Shown here: one piece after another, positions 57,613-64,000 of the stretch
How positions within the stretch are numbered: the stretch's first letter is position 1
How the letters are laid out: each line of letters starts with the position of its first letter
NCBI GenBank assembly: GCA_965649295.1
Contig: CBFGKH010000010.1
Span: 1 to 64,000, forward strand
Source: a candidate division WOR-3 bacterium
GTDB lineage: Bacteria; Hydrothermota; Tepidihabitantia; Tepidihabitantales; Tepidihabitantaceae
Direction of reading: 5' to 3'
DNA: 64,000 nucleotides
Notes under the pieces: generated by a model
Told to the model about the DNA's origin: nothing
Seen by the model: the letters and a program-made list of their open reading frames with translations, nothing else
Database searches by the model: none
Made by a program: the position numbers and the translations under genes

Positions 57613-60519
57613 ATGAATCTCCTGGCGCTGCTCCTGTTACAGACCATCCCCTACGTTCGAATACCAGACAAGACAGCACTTCCCAACCTTCCCGATGGAC
57701 CAGTATGGGTCCACTTCACTGACAAGGGCATATTCAACGAACAGAGCCTGAACGCCGCACTCGCGGCTCATAGCCGAACAGTTTCTCCGCTGACATCGGC
57801 ACGCCGACTGCTGACCGCTCACGCCCAAGCTGACTTCGCCGATCTGCCGATTCGCGATGCCTACATCCGCGCGATAGAACAACTCGGCGGACGGCTCCGT
57901 CACAAGTCAAACTGGCTCAATGCAGCAAGCTTCGACATTCCCGCCAGCGCTCGCGCAGCGGTCTATCGTCTGCCATTTGTCTATTCCATTGAACCGGTCA
58001 TGGCCGGCACAACCAGCGAGCCTACCCCTGTTCCCCTTGACAAGGACTCGCTAATCGCGACTTACCGACTTGATACTTCCGCGGCTCGTCGCTTCTACGG
58101 GCCCTCCTATGATCAAGCACAGTTGATGGGTGTGCCCGCAATCTTCTTCCGTGGTCACTTCGGAGCCGGCGTCCGGCTTGCCATTTTCGACACCGGCCTC
58201 AGGCTAACACACCAGGCCGTCTCCAGAATGCGCATCTGGAAGCAATACGACTTCTTGTCCGGCGACAATGCATTCGTCTGCCACTCCGCAGACGGCTGGT
58301 CGCCACTACCAGTTGCCAATATTGCCGGCTTCGGTCTTGTCCATAGCCCAGTACTTTTGGCCCATCCGCGCGCCGCTGGCAGCGACACGACCGTCCTAAC
58401 CTTGCTGTTCGTGGCTGACAGTTTTGACTACACTCGTGGCCAGCCTGCTCGCGCCATCTTCGTATCACTGAGCTACGACCGCGGCTATTCTTGGACTAAT
58501 CCCCAGCCAATACTGAGAACTGCACGCCCTTGGGACGTCACCTACCAGGACCTCTTCGGTTGCCATAATCGTAACGTTGGCTATCTCGCCTATGTCGAGC
58601 TCACCGCCAACCCATCCGGCCCAGCGACAACGACTATCAACCTCGGACTGCTCGTCAACGGCCTCTGGCAGCACTCACCAGGCTACGTTGCTGCTGGCCG
58701 CAACCCCGCCCTCGCTGTCCAACGCGACACGCTCTACTTGACTTACGTGAAGCAGGACTCGATGGTAGCCCTACGACGCTACAACGTGGCAGGCACCCAG
58801 CCATCGTGGCTTGTCCCCGAGGTCACACTCAACGCTGGTGAACCGTTGACCAGCATCAGTGTTATTGCTGCAGCCGGCCGGCTTGATGCTCTTGCCCGCG
58901 GCCGTACTACTGGCCGACTCCTTCACTGGCGTTCAGAGGACGGCGGGCAGACATTTGGCGTCGCCAGTGTTCTCCTCGATTCTGCTGTTCAAGAGTTCGC
59001 TACCTTGGTAACGGGCGACACCTACTTCATCTGCTACACCGCATCCGCTGGCCTGCCGTTTACTCGTCTTGCCTGCCTGCGTTCGACTGACGGCGGTCAA
59101 AGCTGGACTCACGCAACTCCGATTGTTGACAGTGTGCTAACGATTGGCAGCTTCTCGACTCACTTCCAATCTGGCACTGTCACTGTCTTCTGTGAGATTG
59201 CCGGCCATATCTATCGCGTCTCTTCCTCCGACCTCGGGATATCATGGACAACCAGTGCATCTCTTGACAGCTCCGGATTCTGCTATCTACCGGCGTCAGC
59301 CAGCACTGCTGACTTCGCCATTGCCACTTGGTTCAAGCGCGGCGATGGCAACGCAGTGTGGGAAGACTCTGACAACCTGCGTTTCAGTTGGGAACAGCCC
59401 CATCACGGTACCAGAATGGCTTCAATCATCGCTGGCTATGATCCACACGGCATCATCGGGATTGCTCCCGGTGTCGATCTCTTGATTGCCAAGACCGAAC
59501 TCTACAAAACGCGCTCCGGTCACTACTACGAATACAATATGGAAGAAGACACCTACGTCGAGGCACTCGAATGGGCCGAAGCTTGTGGCGCCGATATTGT
59601 CTCGACATCGCTCGGCTATCACGGCTGGTACGGAGACGAGCAGCTCGACGGCCGCACAGCGCCAGTCTCGATCGCCGCCGAGATGGCGGCCCGCCGCGGC
59701 CTGATTATCGTTGCCGCCATGGGCAACCGCGACACGACCCTATACCGTTGGCCACGTCCTTTCATAACAGCACCCGGTGATGCCGAGCACGTGATCACTG
59801 CTGGTGGAATTCAGAACAACGGCGCCATGTGGCGGCTGACCGGCTCAGGGCCCACTGCTGACGGCCGCATCAAACCTGATCTGGTAGCGCTGAGTGATGT
59901 CGTAACCGTTGCCGCCCCGGACTCAGTCTCTGCGCTCGAAGGCAGCTCGGGTACTTCCTGCGCCACCGCCCTGATTGCCGGCGTCTGTGCACTCGTCAAA
60001 GAAATCCGTCCCGACTGGAATTCAGATTCAATCCGCGCCGCCCTCTTTGCTACTGCCACTCGTTCGGTCAAGAGCTGCACTTTCGGGTTTGGTGTACCTC
60101 GGGTAGATTCAATCTACAAACTCTATCCGCCAGGGCCGGACAATCCTGACGTAACCAGTGACCGTATCAGCCTTGTTTATCCCAATCCGTTCGTTATCGG
60201 ACAACACTCCCGAGTCTATTTTGCCCTCGATCTGACCCAGCCGGCACCGCTGCCTGCCGGTTCGGCTGCCGCCTCGCCTGCCAGCATCTCGATATACTCG
60301 GCTTCCGGGGCATTGATAAAGGAATTACCGCTGAACACCGTGCCGCTAGGACGCCCTGGCCATTATGGTACCAACGGCGACACGGAAATGCTTGAAACGA
60401 TCGGCGCCTTCTGGGACGGACAGAATACTGCTCGCCGGCCGGTGGCCGCTGGCATCTATGTTGCAGTGCTACACACGACTTTCGGCCGCAGCGTTACTAG
60501 ATTTGCCGTTGTGCGCTAG
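57613..60519 (+). CDS. Secreted S8 peptidase with inserted Asp-box propeller and FlgD-like C-terminal domain
   Basis: IFDTG, HGT, GTSCA triad; four SxDxGxxW/F motifs; YPNPF..WDG..GIY. Confidence 0.88.
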   Translation: MNLLALLLLQTIPYVRIPDKTALPNLPDGPVWVHFTDKGIFNEQSLNAALAAHSRTVSPLTSARRLLTAHAQADFADLPIRDAYIRAIEQLGGRLRHKSNWLNAASFDIPASARAAVYRLPFVYSIEPVMAGTTSEPTPVPLDKDSLIATYRLDTSAARRFYGPSYDQAQLMGVPAIFFRGHFGAGVRLAIFDTGLRLTHQAVSRMRIWKQYDFLSGDNAFVCHSADGWSPLPVANIAGFGLVHSPVLLAHPRAAGSDTTVLTLLFVADSFDYTRGQPARAIFVSLSYDRGYSWTNPQPILRTARPWDVTYQDLFGCHNRNVGYLAYVELTANPSGPATTTINLGLLVNGLWQHSPGYVAAGRNPALAVQRDTLYLTYVKQDSMVALRRYNVAGTQPSWLVPEVTLNAGEPLTSISVIAAAGRLDALARGRTTGRLLHWRSEDGGQTFGVASVLLDSAVQEFATLVTGDTYFICYTASAGLPFTRLACLRSTDGGQSWTHATPIVDSVLTIGSFSTHFQSGTVTVFCEIAGHIYRVSSSDLGISWTTSASLDSSGFCYLPASASTADFAIATWFKRGDGNAVWEDSDNLRFSWEQPHHGTRMASIIAGYDPHGIIGIAPGVDLLIAKTELYKTRSGHYYEYNMEEDTYVEALEWAEACGADIVSTSLGYHGWYGDEQLDGRTAPVSIAAEMAARRGLIIVAAMGNRDTTLYRWPRPFITAPGDAEHVITAGGIQNNGAMWRLTGSGPTADGRIKPDLVALSDVVTVAAPDSVSALEGSSGTSCATALIAGVCALVKEIRPDWNSDSIRAALFATATRSVKSCTFGFGVPRVDSIYKLYPPGPDNPDVTSDRISLVYPNPFVIGQHSRVYFALDLTQPAPLPAGSAAASPASISIYSASGALIKELPLNTVPLGRPGHYGTNGDTEMLETIGAFWDGQNTARRPVAAGIYVAVLHTTFGRSVTRFAVVR

Positions 60520-60561
60520 CTTGACTGCAGCCTCGTCGCTCGATAACATCACTCAGTTTAT

Positions 60562-60634
60562 TCCAGCGTAGCTCAACCGGTAGAGCATCCGGCTGTTAAC
60601 CGGAGGGTCACAGGTTCGAGTCCTGTCGCTGGAG
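60562..60634 (+). tRNA. tRNA-Asn(GTT)
   Basis: TCCAGCG/CGCTGGA acceptor, anticodon GTT. Confidence 0.97.
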
Positions 60635-60636
60635 CT

Positions 60637-60713
60637 GCCCGCCGCCATCAGGCGGCGGGCCTTTTTGAGAAGGAAAACAGATGTGCCGGGCCGCCACATC
60701 TGACGGCCCGGCA
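60637..60713. terminator. Terminator hairpins between tRNA-Asn and the convergent gene
   Basis: GCCCGCCGCC-ATCA-GGCGGCGGGC-CTTTTT; second IR 60684-60693/60704-60713. Confidence 0.85.
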
Positions 60714-60733
60714 GCACTCCAGCTCAGAACTGG

Positions 60734-63088
60734 CTAATCGAGCAGTACCGTCTTGCTACCAACCGAAATACCATCAGCAATCAACTGAACGAAGTAGGTG
60801 CCTGCTGCAAGTCGTTGCCCAGAGTTGCTGGTACGGTCCCAGACTAGGCCTCTTAACCCTGCCCCCTGAACCCCGACATCAAGAGAACGGACAAGCTTGC
60901 CAGTCGCGTCATATACCTGCAGTGAGACTCTGGCACAGGTAGCCAGGTAATAACTAATGCTAGCCTGACCGCGAACTGGATTCGATATCCGGAATAGCTG
61001 GGGCAGTCGGGACACTTCGTGTCTCTCAGCCACGGCAACTTCGGGATTGAAAATCATGGTCCCGTAGTACCGGGGATTGGCCCAATTCGTCATCATCAGG
61101 CTTTGCGGCCACCAGCCAAGATAGTTTGAACCAGCAGCCGCAGTATATTGGAAGTAGCCAACAGTATCGCCAGGCCGAACTGAGTAATCACTCTTTCGGT
61201 CACCGAAAGGCACCTTGGCTTCCATCTGCAAACGTCCACTAGCAACTGAAATGGCCGACACCGCGTCAAGACCCGGCCCCATCCGCCAGATACTAGGCAC
61301 AGTGTCGAGGATGGCTCGATAAAGGGCACTATCACCGCCAACGTACTCCATCCAGTAGTTACCTTCACTCGAATCGCTCGCCCAGGAACGGCTATGGTTT
61401 TCGTCCATGTATGGCCCAAATTGGTCATAGTTCGAACGCACCGTTATACCCGGACAGTCCATTGCGTAGTACATGAATGCGTCGTCGTATAAGAAGTAAG
61501 CAATACTCGAGTTCGGCGGCTTGGGAGTACCCGACCGGCCAGCGATGTCGGAGATGTCATACACCCGCGAACGCGACCACTCGCCCGGCGCTATCATACC
61601 ATCAATCACCGGTGCGTCCAACGCCGGTATCCGAGTGACAACAATTGTCTCGCTGAAAACTGCGGCCGAAACCAACGTGGCGGCCCGGACAGTGTCATTG
61701 CGCCGGTTCTCGTCACCGGCGAGCGAAGTAAACATCGTCACCGCGTAGTTGTTACCAGCCGGCCCCGGCGTCCAGTCGGGCGTGAACTCAACATTGACAG
61801 TGCTCCCCGGCGCCAACGGCCCAGGATAAGTCACAGTCTGCTCATAAACCCGAGCACCCATCGAATCAATCCAGCAGCTCACAGGAATGTCTGTCTGAGC
61901 ATTCGTACCAAAATTCTTCACCTGTGCCGTCGGTCTCAGCGGAACGCCGGGTGGAACGATTGCCGCTGGCAATACCACCGCTTGCACTCCGACATCATTT
62001 GTCGTACCAAGTTCGATGGTGCCACGCTCAACCGACTGAAGAAATGCCGAACCAGTATAGCCGCAGACTGCGTATAGAGTATTGCCATAGATTGCACCGC
62101 CGTGCGAACGGCGAGCCGCCAGTAGTGAATTACATTGAGTCCACGTGCCAGATGCCACGCTGTAGACCCAAGTAGCACCAGTGACTGCGCCGGTAGAATT
62201 GTAGCCACCAAAGACGTATATGAGCCAGCCCTCAACCGGGTCATCGTATGCCGCTGCCCGACCCCAGGTTACACCGAATGGCATTGCAGCCCCAACTGTC
62301 CAAGTGTTGCCAGAGATTGAATACTTCAGAAAGTTAGTAGTCCCGTTGTAGGGTGTGCCGGCAACAGCGTGACCGCCTATCAGATAGATCGTATCGCCGG
62401 CCACTGCTGCTGCCTGGCTGCGAAGTGCAACCGGCATATTGGGAAGAGCCGTAAAGGTATTGCTTACTGGGTCATACCGATAGGCCGCGTTCACGACTGT
62501 CGTGCCGGCCGTGGCACCTCCGAAGACATAGGCCTGGCCACCGGCCGCGGCCATCGCGAAGTAGTTCCAGCTTGACAGCGGCATGGCAGCGGCCTGGGTC
62601 CAGGTGTTGGCGACCAAGTCCAGCTCAGTCATGTAGTTGTAATACTGAGCACTCGAGTCGTATCCACCGCCAACGCAAATCAACTCATCAGAAACAGCCG
62701 CTGCATCACTATTCGACACACCGCCGACAGGGTGACGCAATCCTGTACTCCAGGTGTTCGTTGCAAAATCAAAGATCAACTGCCTTGCTCGCCCGCCGCC
62801 GCTGACTTCGCCCGTAACGATATGGAGCTTGTTACTGGCCACAACGGCTGCGAGGCGGGATATTCCCTGAGGACAGGGAACACCGTTCGTCCACGTAACA
62901 TTGCCAGGATCGATCCCAACCGACTTGTCAACTGGCGCATTCTCAGCAACCAGGTCAGTGTGGGGGTTCACGGCCGGACAGAGCTCTCCGGCAGTCCCAG
63001 CCATCGGTAGGTCCGCCACACTTGCCGCTGCACTGACACTAGCTACAAAGCTCAGCGTCAACGCAGCAATTACTACGACTCTTGCCAT
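60734..63088 (-). CDS. Secreted Kelch-repeat protein with CARDB-like, CBM9/DOMON-like and FlgD/T9SS-like domains
   Basis: Repeated YVFGG..Y..W blades, NDVGV..VKNFG, PVIDG..GEW, WD...G..AGTYF; SD GGAGGAGG. Confidence 0.85.
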   Translation of the reverse strand: MARVVVIAALTLSFVASVSAAASVADLPMAGTAGELCPAVNPHTDLVAENAPVDKSVGIDPGNVTWTNGVPCPQGISRLAAVVASNKLHIVTGEVSGGGRARQLIFDFATNTWSTGLRHPVGGVSNSDAAAVSDELICVGGGYDSSAQYYNYMTELDLVANTWTQAAAMPLSSWNYFAMAAAGGQAYVFGGATAGTTVVNAAYRYDPVSNTFTALPNMPVALRSQAAAVAGDTIYLIGGHAVAGTPYNGTTNFLKYSISGNTWTVGAAMPFGVTWGRAAAYDDPVEGWLIYVFGGYNSTGAVTGATWVYSVASGTWTQCNSLLAARRSHGGAIYGNTLYAVCGYTGSAFLQSVERGTIELGTTNDVGVQAVVLPAAIVPPGVPLRPTAQVKNFGTNAQTDIPVSCWIDSMGARVYEQTVTYPGPLAPGSTVNVEFTPDWTPGPAGNNYAVTMFTSLAGDENRRNDTVRAATLVSAAVFSETIVVTRIPALDAPVIDGMIAPGEWSRSRVYDISDIAGRSGTPKPPNSSIAYFLYDDAFMYYAMDCPGITVRSNYDQFGPYMDENHSRSWASDSSEGNYWMEYVGGDSALYRAILDTVPSIWRMGPGLDAVSAISVASGRLQMEAKVPFGDRKSDYSVRPGDTVGYFQYTAAAGSNYLGWWPQSLMMTNWANPRYYGTMIFNPEVAVAERHEVSRLPQLFRISNPVRGQASISYYLATCARVSLQVYDATGKLVRSLDVGVQGAGLRGLVWDRTSNSGQRLAAGTYFVQLIADGISVGSKTVLLD

Positions 63089-63301
63089 TCCTCCTCCTTA
63101 GGAGTCTGACCTCGATTAGAACTACATCGGCGATTCGCCGCCTAGGCCCGGCTCGCCCTGCCGTCTGGGGCAGCCCGGCGTCAGAACACCCAGACGACCC
63201 AAATGACGCTGTCAGTGTAGAGCCCGCTGCCAGTGTGTCAACAGTTGTGCATGCCTGAGTCGGTGTTGACTGCCAACAGCAACAACCTAGTATGTCAGCG
63301 C

Positions 63302-64000
63302 ATGCGGATTCTTGGATTTCTCGAAACATCGCTACTTGACTGGGACGGGCGAATAACGTCGGTCATTTTCGTTGGCGGCTGCAATTTCGTCTGTCCGTTC
63401 TGTCATAACCACGAGATTGCCAACGACGCGCCGACTATGGAATCGGTGGAATGGCCCGCTATTCAGGTAGCGCTCCTCGGCAAGGACAAATGGCTCGATG
63501 GCGTCGTTATCACTGGTGGCGAGCCGATGATTCATCCTGAGGTCTCCCGACTCTGTGCCGACATCAAACAACTGGGCAAACCAGTCAAGCTCGACACCAA
63601 TGGTTCGTTTCCTTTTCGACTCAAACGGCTCATTGATAGACACCTAGTTGACTTTGTAGCAATGGACATCAAAGCGCCGCTCAGCGATGAACGCTACTCA
63701 ACTGCCGCTGGTCGTCCCGTTGACGTCGCTCCACTACTACGTACCATCAGACTATTGCGGGAGACCGGCATCGAACATGAGTTTAGGATCACGCTTGTCC
63801 GCGACCTGATTCGTCCTGACGACATACCGATGATTGGCGAATCGCTACGTGGTGCTCGAACGGTAGTGCTTCAACGCTACGAACCCGCCCGCGCTCGGAT
63901 ACGTGGCTTCAGCGCCACCTACTCGCGCGCTGAAGCCGAGGCTATGGCTGAGGCGCTCAGACCATTTGTCAGCACCGTGACGTTACGCGGCAACTGGGTC
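63302..64000 (+). CDS. Radical SAM activating enzyme (anaerobic RNR activase-like), runs off the right edge
   Basis: Manual translation MRILGFLETSLLDWDG..GCNFVCPFCHN, ITGGEP, KLDTNG, AMDIKAP; no stop before 64000; not in the ORF track. Confidence 0.9.
   Translation, partial: MRILGFLETSLLDWDGRITSVIFVGGCNFVCPFCHNHEIANDAPTMESVEWPAIQVALLGKDKWLDGVVITGGEPMIHPEVSRLCADIKQLGKPVKLDTNGSFPFRLKRLIDRHLVDFVAMDIKAPLSDERYSTAAGRPVDVAPLLRTIRLLRETGIEHEFRITLVRDLIRPDDIPMIGESLRGARTVVLQRYEPARARIRGFSATYSRAEAEAMAEALRPFVSTVTLRGNWV

Overview
A GC-rich bacterial chromosomal window that is mostly core genome. The gene content (secreted peptidases with T9SS/FlgD-like C-terminal domains, large Alu-type SRP RNA, Rnf) suggests an anaerobic peptide fermenter; WOR-3 or an FCB-related lineage is an inference only. 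In order, it holds: the trailer end of a CRISPR array with a 36-bp repeat (no cas genes in view); rnfCDGEAB; an RRM protein; large secreted proteins (S8 and C25 peptidases); an MFS transporter; gyrA; SRP RNA-dnaX-recR; hpf-hprK-EIIA; purL; an 18-gene (~14.7 kb) group-4 [NiFe]-hydrogenase/Mrp operon led by a flavin/NAD(P)-binding and molybdopterin-oxidoreductase-like Fe-S module; a CoA-transferase-GNAT fusion and an ADP-forming acyl-CoA synthetase; five tRNAs; a CDF transporter; a TonB-dependent receptor; an inactivated ISNCY/IS1202-like element; a second S8 peptidase, a Kelch protein and a partial radical SAM activase. The most notable observations are the hydrogenase operon architecture, a diverged ~350-bp intergenic element present twice, an H-type pseudoknot in the RRM gene leader, many near-leaderless promoters with 16-bp spacers, and an S8 protease with an Asp-box propeller inserted between its catalytic residues. 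All calls come from reading motifs by eye; no database searches were run.
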